Assembly: GCA_900320405.1 (NCBI GenBank)
Contig: OOHM01000001.1
Coordinates: 203,191 to 267,190 of the forward strand
Length of the DNA stretch: 64,000 bases
Source: an uncultured Pseudomonadota bacterium
GTDB taxonomy: Bacteria > Pseudomonadota > Alphaproteobacteria > Rs-D84
Reading direction: 5' to 3'
Positions within the stretch are counted from its first letter, which is position 1. Each line of letters begins with the position of its first letter. The position numbers were made by a program, and so were the translations under genes. Under the pieces are notes generated by a model. It was not told the DNA's origin. It worked only from the letters and a program-made list of their open reading frames with translations, and made no database searches. Shown in pieces: positions 41,786-51,777 of this stretch.

Positions 41786-42769
41786 ATGGCAAAAAAAGAA
41801 ATCGAAGTAATCGACCGCGGTGGTGCCAAAACCGTCGCAAAAAAAACATCGGTTATCACGCATGCAAAACGTGTGTTTTTAATCGTGTCAATTATATGGT
41901 TGGCGTTTGTGGCATGGTTTCCGTTGTATGTGAAATCGCACTATGCGGGGCCGATAAAAAAATCTATTGTTGTATCAATGTTTTTTGATTTGCAACGCAA
42001 CATTGTGGAACAATATGAAAAGTTATTGGGCGGAATTAAAAACGCAATCAATTTAGAAAAGCCAGTTGGCATTGCAATTGAAAAAGTAAAAATTGTTGAA
42101 AAACAGGTTGATAAAGTGACCGATACGACCGCCAAAGCGAAAGAGCAAACCGCCAAGGCGTCCGAGACAACCGCCGGTGTCAAAGGATTAACGGGTTTGG
42201 TCAATAAATTTGGTGTAAAAACCGATGGTGTAGATAAAGTCGTTAACCAGGCCGATTCTGCAATCGGTAAAGCAAACGCCGCGGTGGACAAAGTGGACAA
42301 TGTTGCCAAAATGGTGAACGATAAATTGGACACTGTTGAAAAAGAATTGGTTAAATTGACCCAAATCGAAGTCGATAAAATGATTGATGAAGCCGTCAAA
42401 AAACAAATCGACAAAAACACCGGTGGATTGGGCACAACATTGCTGACCAATTACGGAATTAAACACGTGTATCCGTGGCGTCCGTCTTCGTGGCCGGTGG
42501 CGGTGAAAATCTATAACGATTTGGAAAAATCCAATGTTGGCGTAGTGCAAATTTTGACCCGCACCGTGAACAAATATTTTGATTATGTTGCGTGGGGGTT
42601 GGTAATTGCGGCATGGGCGGTTGGTCTTTATATCTGGATGTTCATATACAAAAAATACAAGGCCACAATTGCACCGTTCATTGTATGCCCGCGTTGCGGA
42701 CACGCGTTTGCGGACCGGCGTACGGCTATGAGTATGCTGAAAGTATTGCAGCCGTGGAAGTGGTTTTAA
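41786..42769 (+). CDS. Membrane protein with coiled-coil loop and C-terminal CPRCG motif
   Basis: SD AAGGAG, two TM segments, Ala/Lys/Val heptads. Confidence 0.8.
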   Translation: MAKKEIEVIDRGGAKTVAKKTSVITHAKRVFLIVSIIWLAFVAWFPLYVKSHYAGPIKKSIVVSMFFDLQRNIVEQYEKLLGGIKNAINLEKPVGIAIEKVKIVEKQVDKVTDTTAKAKEQTAKASETTAGVKGLTGLVNKFGVKTDGVDKVVNQADSAIGKANAAVDKVDNVAKMVNDKLDTVEKELVKLTQIEVDKMIDEAVKKQIDKNTGGLGTTLLTNYGIKHVYPWRPSSWPVAVKIYNDLEKSNVGVVQILTRTVNKYFDYVAWGLVIAAWAVGLYIWMFIYKKYKATIAPFIVCPRCGHAFADRRTAMSMLKVLQPWKWF

Positions 42770-42856
42770 TAAAACGCCCCATTTGGGGCGTTTTTAACAA
42801 TATTTATTTTTTACTTGCAAAAACGAAATTTGTATGTAAGAATGTTCCACGCAATT

Positions 42857-42933
42857 GCGAGCGTAGCTCAGTTGGCTAGAGCGCAACCTTGCCAAGGTTG
42901 AGGTCGAGGGTTCGAGCCCCTTTGCTCGCACCA
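42857..42933 (+). tRNA. tRNA-Gly(GCC)
   Basis: Cloverleaf, anticodon loop TTGCCAA, encoded CCA. Confidence 0.96.
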
Positions 42934-43203
42934 AAATTTTAAAAACCACCGTCAGGTGGTTTTTTGATTTTGCCGGCAAAGGGGCGAGAACCCGCAGGGT
43001 TGCGAGGCGAGGTGGCATTGCCACCGAAGTACTTTGCTCGCACCAAAATTTTAAAAACCACCGTTAGGTGGTTTTTTAATTTTGTCTGCAAAGGGGCGAG
43101 AACCCGCAGGGTTGCGAGGCGAGGTGGCATATGCCACCGAAGTACTTTGCTCGCACCAAAATTTTAAAAACCACCGTTAGGTGGTTTTTTAATTTTGCCG
43201 GCA
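42920..43203 (+). repeat. ~112-bp tandem repeat (2.5 copies) beginning with the tRNA-Gly 3' end
   Basis: CTTTGCTCGCACCAAAATTTTAAAAACCACCGT.AGGTGGTTTTT at 42920, 43032, 43145. Confidence 0.92.
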
Positions 43204-43281
43204 TAAATGAACGACTGCCTTTTAATTTTATGGCAATGGCGGGATTTTTATTCTAAGATTCGATTATCTAAAGGGGTTTTT

Positions 43282-44391
43282 ATGACACAGATATTATCAG
43301 AAGTTAATTTGGATTACAGCGATATTTTAATTCGACCAAAAATGGGTATAAACCTGAATTCGCGACGTGATGTGAACCTGACGCGGGTTTTCAAATTCAA
43401 ACACGGCCAGACGCGCACCGGTCTTGGCGTTTTTAACGCCAATATGGCAACGGTTGGAAACTTTGTTGTCGCGAAAAAGTTATTGTCGCGCGGGATGTTC
43501 GCAACAATTCATAAACACTACAATATCGATGAAATCGGTGAATTTTTGAATTTGTGTCGGGCCGAAAATATTCCTTTGGACAATTTGTTTATAACAATCG
43601 GGTTAAAAAATGCCGATGCGGAAATTCAAAAATTAAAAGATTTAGAATCAAAATATAAATGGACGAATCCGCGCAATATATGTATCGATGCACCGAACTT
43701 TTATATCCCAAATGCGTTGGATGTGTTGATGCGTGTTCGTGACGAATTTCCGGATGCAGTGATTATGGCCGGAAATATCGCCAGTGGTGACATATGTCTT
43801 AAATTATTAGATTATGCGGACATTATAAAATGCGGCATAGGCAGCGGTTCCGCGTGTTTAACGCGTCGCCAGACGGGTTGCGGAACGCCAATGGTATCAT
43901 TAATTATTGAATGTGCCGATATTGCGCATTCTGTGAACGGTCATATTTGCGCGGATGGCGGAATTGTCGATGTTGGTGATATATGCAAGGCGTTGTGTTT
44001 GAATGCAGATTTTGTTATGGCGGGTGGAATATTTGCCGGTTCGGACGAAGCCGCGGGTAATGTCATCGAAAAACATTTCGAAACCAATGAAATTGTGGAT
44101 GGTGCGCGCGTTGTTCAAACAAAATATTTCAAGGCGTATTACGGAATGTCATCTGAATATGCGAACAATAAATTTGCGGGCGGTATGGCGGACTATAAAA
44201 CATCCGAAGGCCGCGAATTGTTGATACCATACACCGGGCCGATTGACAAAATATTGCAGGATATAAATGGTGGAATTGCATCTTGTTGCACATACATCGG
44301 CGCGACCACGGTCAAACATATGGCAAAATGTGCCACTATAATACCGGTTCATAACCAATTAAACCGCGTGTTTGAAAAATATTCTGTATGA
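43282..44391 (+). CDS. guaC: GMP reductase
   Basis: LDYSDILIRPK, ANM, HKHY, GIGSGSAC.TR, ADGG, YGMSS, YKTSEG, CTYIGA. Confidence 0.9.
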   Translation: MTQILSEVNLDYSDILIRPKMGINLNSRRDVNLTRVFKFKHGQTRTGLGVFNANMATVGNFVVAKKLLSRGMFATIHKHYNIDEIGEFLNLCRAENIPLDNLFITIGLKNADAEIQKLKDLESKYKWTNPRNICIDAPNFYIPNALDVLMRVRDEFPDAVIMAGNIASGDICLKLLDYADIIKCGIGSGSACLTRRQTGCGTPMVSLIIECADIAHSVNGHICADGGIVDVGDICKALCLNADFVMAGGIFAGSDEAAGNVIEKHFETNEIVDGARVVQTKYFKAYYGMSSEYANNKFAGGMADYKTSEGRELLIPYTGPIDKILQDINGGIASCCTYIGATTVKHMAKCATIIPVHNQLNRVFEKYSV

Positions 44392-44468
44392 TATCGTCAC
44401 GGTATTTATAATTGTCAAATTTGTGGTTTTGTGATATAATATGCCCGATAAAACAATGGGGTATATTT

Positions 44469-45977
44469 ATGATACAGGCCAAGAAAACAAAACTTACAAA
44501 ATCTGCGTTGGGAATTGCAACGGCTGCAATGGTTGCGGGTGGTGTCGCGTTGCACGGAAATAAACAGAAGGCGCGTGATAAAGAATCCGCGTCACAAGAA
44601 AAAGACGATGCGCCCACACGTAATCAGATTCAGAAAAATTTGACATTTGGCGAATACAAAGAAATGTTGGCCCCGGTCACGCCGTATATTATGTTGGAAT
44701 TGATTTTGAATGAAGGAATCAAGTTAGACAAATCCGGAAAATATTGTGTCCCGTACAAAGATTCCCGTGGTGTTTGGACAATTGCGTTCGGTGTCACCAC
44801 AACCAGTGATGGTAAAAAGGTTTCTAAAAATACGAAACCGATACCGATTGCGCGTGCGTGGGATGAATCTATACACTTTTTGGAAACACGTGAAACATAC
44901 TTTTTAATGTATTGCTATGATGTTGGGTGTGAAAATTTACATTTGGATAATGCGGCGCGTATGTGTGCGTTTGCGTCGATTTTTTATAATTCCGGTACAA
45001 AACTTATGGAAGAACCAGACGATAAAAATCATCGTGAAAGAAACGAAACATTGCGCAATTTATACAAAGAATATGGTGACAATATTACCGCGGATATGGT
45101 GCGTGAATGTTTTGCAAAATATCCAATTGTTGCCCCGCGTTCGTTTGGCGCACGCGCAATTGCCGGCGCATCGGATAAGGAATTGGCGGACATTTTGGGG
45201 TTGTATACGGTTGGTGGACGCGGGTTATGGTCACGGCGTTGGATTGAAGGACAAATTTTGATGGGCAATATAACACCCGAAGATTTCTTGCAATTGCCCG
45301 AACAAAGTCTTTATGAATTCTTTCGTTTGATGGGTGAAGAACGCTCTGTTTTTTGGCTTGGCAAAGATCAAGATACCAAAATAAATATGGAAACATTGAA
45401 CGCGTTTCAAGAATGGATTAAAAACCCGGTCACACATGACGGTAAAACAAAATTTTCCGGCCAAACAATTGGGGAAATGTTGGCGCATATGACCCCGCAA
45501 ATATTGGCGGATTTTGACGGGGGTAAATATGAATTGGGCGACATAAATCACCTTTATAAACGTCCAAATAAAAAATCGATGACGGATTCTTTATATTTTT
45601 TGGCAAATGCGGATTTCTTGGCGGGTGACTATGCATCGGCCGCAGAAAAGTTCGAAACATTGGCAACAAAAAATCCGGGCAATGCGCAAATCTTTAATGA
45701 CTTGGCCGCGACATACAATAATATGGGTGAATATGAACGCGCATTAACTGCAATCGGGCATATTATTAAAGATATCAAAGATAAAACCGCATTCGCGGCG
45801 GCATACTATAACGCGGGTGTCGCACGGGAAGCCCTGGGCGAATATTCCAAGGCATTGATAAATTATAACAAGGCGATTGAGAACGGTAATAAATCACCGC
45901 GTGTGCCCGCCGCAATCAAACGGGTGGAATTAAATAAAAATATGGCGTCACGCGGTGGCGGCGGCGCGCGTATTTAA
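44469..45977 (+). CDS. GH24 (phage lysozyme-like) domain protein with N-terminal anchor and C-terminal TPRs
   Basis: NEG...PYKDSRGVWTIAFGVT, YNSG, GLWSRR; TPR motifs FNDLAATY..MGEY, AYYNAG..REALGEY. Confidence 0.7.
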   Translation: MIQAKKTKLTKSALGIATAAMVAGGVALHGNKQKARDKESASQEKDDAPTRNQIQKNLTFGEYKEMLAPVTPYIMLELILNEGIKLDKSGKYCVPYKDSRGVWTIAFGVTTTSDGKKVSKNTKPIPIARAWDESIHFLETRETYFLMYCYDVGCENLHLDNAARMCAFASIFYNSGTKLMEEPDDKNHRERNETLRNLYKEYGDNITADMVRECFAKYPIVAPRSFGARAIAGASDKELADILGLYTVGGRGLWSRRWIEGQILMGNITPEDFLQLPEQSLYEFFRLMGEERSVFWLGKDQDTKINMETLNAFQEWIKNPVTHDGKTKFSGQTIGEMLAHMTPQILADFDGGKYELGDINHLYKRPNKKSMTDSLYFLANADFLAGDYASAAEKFETLATKNPGNAQIFNDLAATYNNMGEYERALTAIGHIIKDIKDKTAFAAAYYNAGVAREALGEYSKALINYNKAIENGNKSPRVPAAIKRVELNKNMASRGGGGARI

Positions 45978-46002
45978 TCGCCAAAATAATGTATAAATAT
46001 TG

Positions 46003-46179
46003 TTAGTGTGATTTTTGCATCACAGATTCTTGATAGGCTTTCAGTTCGTCAAGATAATTTTCCAGTGCAATTTTTTCCGGTGACAAAACCTTTTGTGTGC
46101 CGCCGCTGGTCGTCACATACTGTAATACCCATTTGCCGTTTTCTTTATCCCATTTTATTGGATATACTTTTTTGACCAT
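46003..46179 (-). CDS. Small hypothetical protein (58 aa), not in ORF track
   Basis: MVKKVYPIKWDKENGKW...; directly downstream of the HAD gene. Confidence 0.5.
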   Translation of the reverse strand: MVKKVYPIKWDKENGKWVLQYVTTSGGTQKVLSPEKIALENYLDELKAYQESVMQKSH

Positions 46180-46204
46180 TTCTTTTTCTCTTTTCCTTGC
46201 CTTG

Positions 46205-46768
46205 TTATTTCGTGATTATTCCGTGCTCTATCAGTGCGGTGGCCAAATCGGGATAATGTTCCACGCGGTCACACAGATGGTGATTGTACGGTGTATCCGG
46301 ATTTGAAATCATCACAATATCAATATCGTTTGTAATACAGTCGTGCACAACATTTGGTGAATCGTCAAAACACAAATCAATGTTGTATTTGCGCAGTGCC
46401 TCGATTTTAGGTTTATGATTTACAACCCGACTTTTATCACATACAATTCCCGCATTTTGTAATTGCATAAGATCCATATCTGACATAGCAATTGGACGTT
46501 CTGTAATAAAATAGATTTCTATATCGTCGCGGGCGACCATGCGATTTAATAATTCCGGAATCCGGGCATTTACAACCGGTATGTTTCGCAGTTCCGGGGA
46601 ATCGAATGCCCCCATTATTTCATCTGCAACATATTTGGGCACACATTGATATGGGTCATATGTTTTAAGCATATTAAAATCGACATTATGCCGTTCACAA
46701 ATATCGTGAATTACACGCGCAGTATCAAAAACTGTATTATCCAAATCGATTGCGATTCTGGTGTTCAT
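46205..46768 (-). CDS. HAD-family 5'(3')-nucleotidase-like
   Basis: IAIDLDNT, FITER, K...FDDSP. Confidence 0.85.
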   Translation of the reverse strand: MNTRIAIDLDNTVFDTARVIHDICERHNVDFNMLKTYDPYQCVPKYVADEIMGAFDSPELRNIPVVNARIPELLNRMVARDDIEIYFITERPIAMSDMDLMQLQNAGIVCDKSRVVNHKPKIEALRKYNIDLCFDDSPNVVHDCITNDIDIVMISNPDTPYNHHLCDRVEHYPDLATALIEHGIITK

Positions 46769-47028
46769 ATGTTTACTTTTCCAAATTATTGTTGGGGTAT
46801 TATAAATGCAGAAAAACATCATAACCAGTTAATTTTTGCGTTTTTTATAAATAAATCCTTTGACAACCGGCATAAAAGCGTCCATAATACCGTCGTGTGT
46901 TTAACAACACGGAATGGTAAATGCGTACAATGTGCAAGAAATCTTTGCTATAATGGTGCGACCACAACGAAATTTGCGGGCGCACCTTTGTGGTGCCCCG
47001 TTTTTTTAAAAAACAAAAGGAAAAGGTT

Positions 47029-48495
47029 ATGTCAGAAAACACAACAATGTCCACAAACGAATTGACGGCCCGTCTGCAAAAGGCCGAAAACATCCGCGCA
47101 CGCGATGGCGTTGTATGGAAGGATAAATTTGACCGTACACATACAATTGCGGAATCACGCGAATTGGCGGACGGCACGGCGGTGAAACTTTGTGGTCGTG
47201 TGACGGCGTTGCGGTGGCTTGGTAAATTAATGTTTGGGCGCATTTATGACATAAATGGTGAAATTCAGTTTTCTATGTCGCGCGAAGAATTGGGCGAAGA
47301 AAATTATAAATTTATGAAGGCCAATGTCGATTTGGGCGATTTTATTGGTATAACCGGTGAATTGTATCACACAACGGCGGGCGAATTGACCGTGCGTGTA
47401 TCTGCCTATGAAATCTTGGCCAAGGCGTTGCGTCCGTTGCCGGAAAAATTCCACGGTTTAACCGATATGGAAACGCGTTATCGTCAACGCTATCTGGATA
47501 TTATTTCTAACCCAGAATCGCGTAACGCATTGTTGGGGCGTTTCAAAATGACCCAGCATTTGCGTGATTTTATGAATGATAACGGTTTTTTAGAAATCGA
47601 AACCCCAATTATGCAGAACATCGCATCGGGTGCGGCGGCACGTCCATTCACAACACACCATAATGCATTGGATGCCGATTTCCAATTGCGTATTTCACCG
47701 GAATTGTTCTTAAAGATGGCGATTGGTGCCGGATTTGACCGTGTGTACGAGGTCGCCAAGGATTTTCGCAACGAAGGTATGGATGCGATGCACCTGCAAG
47801 AATTTACTATGATTGAATGGTATGCGGCGTATTGGGATTACAAACGGAATATTGAATTCACGTGGAAACTGGTGCAAGATTTGATTATGCGCGCCCGTGG
47901 CACATTACAAATTGAATACCAGGGTACAAAATTAGATTTTTCAAAATACGAAATGATAGATTACACCGCAAAAATGAACGAATTATTCGGTTGCAACATT
48001 TTGGATTTTGAAGATGTTGATGTTCTGCGCCAAAAATTGGTTGACGAAGGTATGTTCCCGGCCGATGAATTAGAAAATTTGAAATCATTGGCAACATTGG
48101 TTGATTATGTATACAAGCGCAAAATCCGCACTCAAATTGTTCAGCCTACAATCCTGTACAATTATCCAACATATATGGTACCATTGGCGCGTCGCAACGA
48201 CGATGATGACCGGCGTTTGGATATGTATCAATTGTTGGTGGCGGGGGGCGAATTGTGCAAGGGATATTCCGAATTGGTTAACCCGATTCAACAGGCCCAG
48301 GCATTCGAAGACCAGGCGAAGAGTATCGCCGGCGGCGAAGAAGAAGCGTTTAATCCCGACAACGACTTTGTTCGTGCGATGGAACACGGGTTTCCACCGA
48401 TTTCCGGTGTGGGTATGGGTATAGACCGTCTGGCGGCGATTGTCTTTGACCAACCGACACTGCGTGATGTTGTGTTGTTCCCGATTATGAAATAA
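47029..48495 (+). CDS. lysS: Lysine-tRNA ligase, class II
   Basis: PLPEKFHGL.D.E.RYRQRYLD, FRNEG, G.G.GIDRL. Confidence 0.97.
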   Translation: MSENTTMSTNELTARLQKAENIRARDGVVWKDKFDRTHTIAESRELADGTAVKLCGRVTALRWLGKLMFGRIYDINGEIQFSMSREELGEENYKFMKANVDLGDFIGITGELYHTTAGELTVRVSAYEILAKALRPLPEKFHGLTDMETRYRQRYLDIISNPESRNALLGRFKMTQHLRDFMNDNGFLEIETPIMQNIASGAAARPFTTHHNALDADFQLRISPELFLKMAIGAGFDRVYEVAKDFRNEGMDAMHLQEFTMIEWYAAYWDYKRNIEFTWKLVQDLIMRARGTLQIEYQGTKLDFSKYEMIDYTAKMNELFGCNILDFEDVDVLRQKLVDEGMFPADELENLKSLATLVDYVYKRKIRTQIVQPTILYNYPTYMVPLARRNDDDDRRLDMYQLLVAGGELCKGYSELVNPIQQAQAFEDQAKSIAGGEEEAFNPDNDFVRAMEHGFPPISGVGMGIDRLAAIVFDQPTLRDVVLFPIMK

Positions 48496-48506
48496 CGGAT
48501 TTATAT

Positions 48507-49892
48507 ATGGTTGCCCAAGATGTTAATCTTTTAACCGCAGACCACGATAGGCATAACCTTGACATTATTGACAAGGCGCGCGTTGCCGGGCGCATAAACG
48601 ATGAAACGGCGGAATACCTTGTGCGGCTTTACACCGACGGTATGCGGTCTTATCGCGAGGTTTTTCATGTCTTGGGCAAATGTTTTGGCGCGCCAAAAAC
48701 GGCGGTGACAGAATATGACCCGGCGACAGATTCATCTGTTAACAAACCGATTAAGATTGCCGACATAAATCCATTGTCTTCTTATTTGGTAAATCATCGT
48801 TTGGACGCCGACCCGATGCGGAACCAGTTTTTTACATCCGGTGCGTCGCATAAAATTGATTTATCTGTGTCATCAATTGTGACTGTTATTGTCGCGGCCC
48901 AAAAAAACATTGAACGCGCATTGGACAAGGTCACGGGTAAATATTATCGATTCTTTATCGAAGATGTTATCGCGGCATTATCATCCGTTATGGCGGAATC
49001 GGTGTCAAAGAAAGATTTTGATGAAATTGAACAACGAATTCGTGCCCGTTTTGATTCCAAATATGTGACCGATGCCGCCAAGGAGGTTTTATCTGTCCTT
49101 GGCCAAGGTGACGATGCGTTGGTTGTTAAAATTGTTCGTGAATTAGATAATGTTAAAAAACCATACCTGTATTTGAATGATGTTTGGCGTGTAAAATGTT
49201 TGTTTGACTTGATACCCCAGGCCCGCACATTTATCGAACGCCTTAATATTATGATGCCGGAACGTGTGTTGACCGTGCGTGACAAATTCTATGATATTGG
49301 CAATCCGCGTAATTATCGTGATTCCAAGGTTATTATAAATATTGGTACGCCGGATTATGTTATCCCCATGGAAATTATATGCCAGGTTCGCACATTCTTT
49401 GAATTTGAACGCAAAACACATGATTACTATGCGTTGATTCGTGAAGACCCGAATATGGAAAATGCCAAGATTGAAAAAGAACTGGCCGAATTTATGGAAA
49501 ACGGTATTCGTGAATATAACCTTATGATATGCCGTTGCTTGGACGATTTGTTTGATCGTGTTGGGTGGAATATTTTATACAGTCGTGGTGGTGATGTCGC
49601 ACTGTTCGAAGGTTTCCCGCGTGAATGCAAATTATATTATCCGGCAAGTATGATGGAAACCATATTGAACAAATTGGATGCGGCGGTCAAGAACGAGATT
49701 TTCCATATCACAAATTCTTCATCAAAGTTGGATTTGACTCAACAGATTGCTATTTTCCGTTTTATGGCGCGTTTCATATTGGTTTCTGCGTTACCGCGGG
49801 CCCGTGCGGGGACAAATATTCCCGGTAAAGATTTGGCAACGCGTTTGTTCAATTTTGTTATGAATGAAGTTTATCGGTATTATAAAAAATAG
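48507..49892 (+). CDS. Hypothetical protein with RelA/SpoT-like nucleotidyltransferase motifs
   Basis: KNIERALDK, DVWR, NYRD, MEIICQVRT. Confidence 0.5.
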   Translation: MVAQDVNLLTADHDRHNLDIIDKARVAGRINDETAEYLVRLYTDGMRSYREVFHVLGKCFGAPKTAVTEYDPATDSSVNKPIKIADINPLSSYLVNHRLDADPMRNQFFTSGASHKIDLSVSSIVTVIVAAQKNIERALDKVTGKYYRFFIEDVIAALSSVMAESVSKKDFDEIEQRIRARFDSKYVTDAAKEVLSVLGQGDDALVVKIVRELDNVKKPYLYLNDVWRVKCLFDLIPQARTFIERLNIMMPERVLTVRDKFYDIGNPRNYRDSKVIINIGTPDYVIPMEIICQVRTFFEFERKTHDYYALIREDPNMENAKIEKELAEFMENGIREYNLMICRCLDDLFDRVGWNILYSRGGDVALFEGFPRECKLYYPASMMETILNKLDAAVKNEIFHITNSSSKLDLTQQIAIFRFMARFILVSALPRARAGTNIPGKDLATRLFNFVMNEVYRYYKK

Positions 49893-50023
49893 GGCTATAC
49901 GGACAAATATCCTTTTGGTCACATATGATATTTTCTTGATTTTACATTTTTATTGTGACAAGATTCAATTAGATGCAACTGAATATGGTTGAATCATAAA
50001 CAAGGTTAGCAAAGGAAAAAAAG

Positions 50024-50368
50024 ATGCGTCAAGGTAAAGTAAAATGGTATAACGGCAAAAAGTGTTTTGGTTTTATTGCGCCGGACACGCCGAATGAAGA
50101 CGGCAATACAGATGATGTTTTTGTTCATTCCAGTTCTTTGAAAGATGCAGATTTGCGATTCCTTAATGAAGGCGATATCGTCGAATTTGAAGAAGAGGTT
50201 CGCAATGGCAAATTATCCGTCACAACAATTAAATTGATTCAACGCGATGAAGAATCCGCAAAAAGATTCCAAGAACGTCGTGCGGAACGCCGGCGTGCCC
50301 GCGAAGAAAGAAAAAGTCGCGAAGAACATAAAGAAAAAAAATCAGGTTTTGCATTTTGGAAAAAGTAA
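50024..50368 (+). CDS. Cold-shock domain protein with charged C-terminal tail
   Basis: GKVKWYN..K.FGFI, DVFVH. Confidence 0.92.
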   Translation: MRQGKVKWYNGKKCFGFIAPDTPNEDGNTDDVFVHSSSLKDADLRFLNEGDIVEFEEEVRNGKLSVTTIKLIQRDEESAKRFQERRAERRRAREERKSREEHKEKKSGFAFWKK

Positions 50369-50457
50369 AATAACCCGCACGATGCGGGTTTTTGTTTGCT
50401 TTTAATCTAATTTATTATAAAATGTAAACACAACCATAAAAACAAAAAGGATGAAAT

Positions 50458-51006
50458 ATGTGGACGGCAATTGGAATTGTTGCAGTTTTGGTGTTATATA
50501 TTATTGCGGTTTATAACGGACTGGTTTCCCGTCGGAACCAGGCACGCGAGGCATGGTCAACAATCGACACGCAATTAAAACGCCGGTACGATTTGATACC
50601 AAACCTGGTTGAAACGGTTCGTGGCGCGGCGGCACACGAAAAAGATACGCTTTCAGATGTTATCAAGGCGCGTAATACGGCAATGTCAACAAATCCGTTG
50701 GACGGCGCGTCGGCGGAACGCGGACTGACCGGTGCATTGAACAAGTTATTTGCCCTTGGGGAATCATATCCAACCCTGCGTGCAAACGAAAATTTCTTGG
50801 AATTGCAACGCGAATTAACGGATACAGAAACAAAAATTCAATCTGCGCGTCAATTTTATAATACCGTTGTAATGGCATTAAATACCCAGATTGAACAATT
50901 CCCATCAAATATTGTCGCGCGTATGTTTGGGGTCACCAAAGAAAAATTGTTCGAAATGGATGAATCCGAACGCCGGACCCCAAAGGTCAGTTTTAATAAA
51001 CAGTAA
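50458..51006 (+). CDS. lemA: LemA family protein
   Basis: YNGLV, QLKRRYDLIPNLV, E.YP.L.A, R..YN, FPSN. Confidence 0.95.
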   Translation: MWTAIGIVAVLVLYIIAVYNGLVSRRNQAREAWSTIDTQLKRRYDLIPNLVETVRGAAAHEKDTLSDVIKARNTAMSTNPLDGASAERGLTGALNKLFALGESYPTLRANENFLELQRELTDTETKIQSARQFYNTVVMALNTQIEQFPSNIVARMFGVTKEKLFEMDESERRTPKVSFNKQ

Positions 51007-51052
51007 GATAAAAAAACACCCGCCGTTGCGGGTGTTTCAATTCGTATAATAT

Positions 51053-51439
51053 TTAATCTTTATGTTCGCGCATATTGCGACGCATCGCGCGTTTTGCGGC
51101 ACGAAATTCTTCTTCTGAAACACAACCGTTTGCGTCAACATCTGCGACCGCCAATGCCGCCTGCATTTTTGGACATTTGATTGATTGCATATCTAAACAT
51201 CCATTTACAAAAACCGGATGCATACGGTGCATTTTTGGCCCGAATTTATGGCATGGACACACGCAAAAGTATGCGACCAAGAATCCCAATATAAACATCC
51301 CACCCAAATAGAAACATTTTTTAAGTGGTGTGCATCTGCATCCACAATGGCATTCGTGCATTTCTGGTGCCGGTGCCGCCACAGGTTTTACAACCCGTTT
51401 GGTGGTCGTGCGTTTGGTTGTTTTTGTTGTTTTTGGCAT
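51053..51439 (-). CDS. Small Cys/His-rich membrane protein with EF-hand-like motif
   Basis: One TM; DVDANGCVSEEEF; SD GGGAG. Confidence 0.65.
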   Translation of the reverse strand: MPKTTKTTKRTTTKRVVKPVAAPAPEMHECHCGCRCTPLKKCFYLGGMFILGFLVAYFCVCPCHKFGPKMHRMHPVFVNGCLDMQSIKCPKMQAALAVADVDANGCVSEEEFRAAKRAMRRNMREHKD

Positions 51440-51575
51440 ATTTTCTCCCTTTTGTTTCGACGATTTTATTGTATAGAAATTAAATTTTAATGTCCAGAAT
51501 TTTTTATCGATATTTAATTTCCCAATCAAAAAGTTTTAAATTGAATTTCTGTCGCCGATATAGTATAATTTTTGG

Positions 51576-51761
51576 GCAATGGCGGGTTGTCATTGTGGGG
51601 AATACAAAACCCCGTCTTAGCACGCCAGCAATGGCGATATTAATCCAATCTTTACAGGTTGGAGTTCGCCGAATATACCGAATAAGGCGGTCAATATTTG
51701 CTAAGATATTGTTTTGTATACTCCAACCATTTGTAATTTTTCAAATGGTTTTATTTTTTTT
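51576..51761 (+). ncRNA. Unannotated structured RNA with the same architecture as the 29404 and 61823 RNAs
   Basis: TTGAAT-17-TATAAT promoter; 5' hairpin, two closing stems, three-hairpin junction, terminator. Confidence 0.6.
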
Positions 51762-51777
51762 ACTCAAGGGGACATCA

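Noticed and set aside
42920-43203. CRISPR array
   Set aside because: The 112-bp units are nearly identical throughout with no unique spacers, start with the tRNA 3' end, and no cas genes are present
46890-47007. T-box riboswitch upstream of lysS
   Set aside because: No GGTGGnACCGCG T-box or specifier stem recognisable; leader too short
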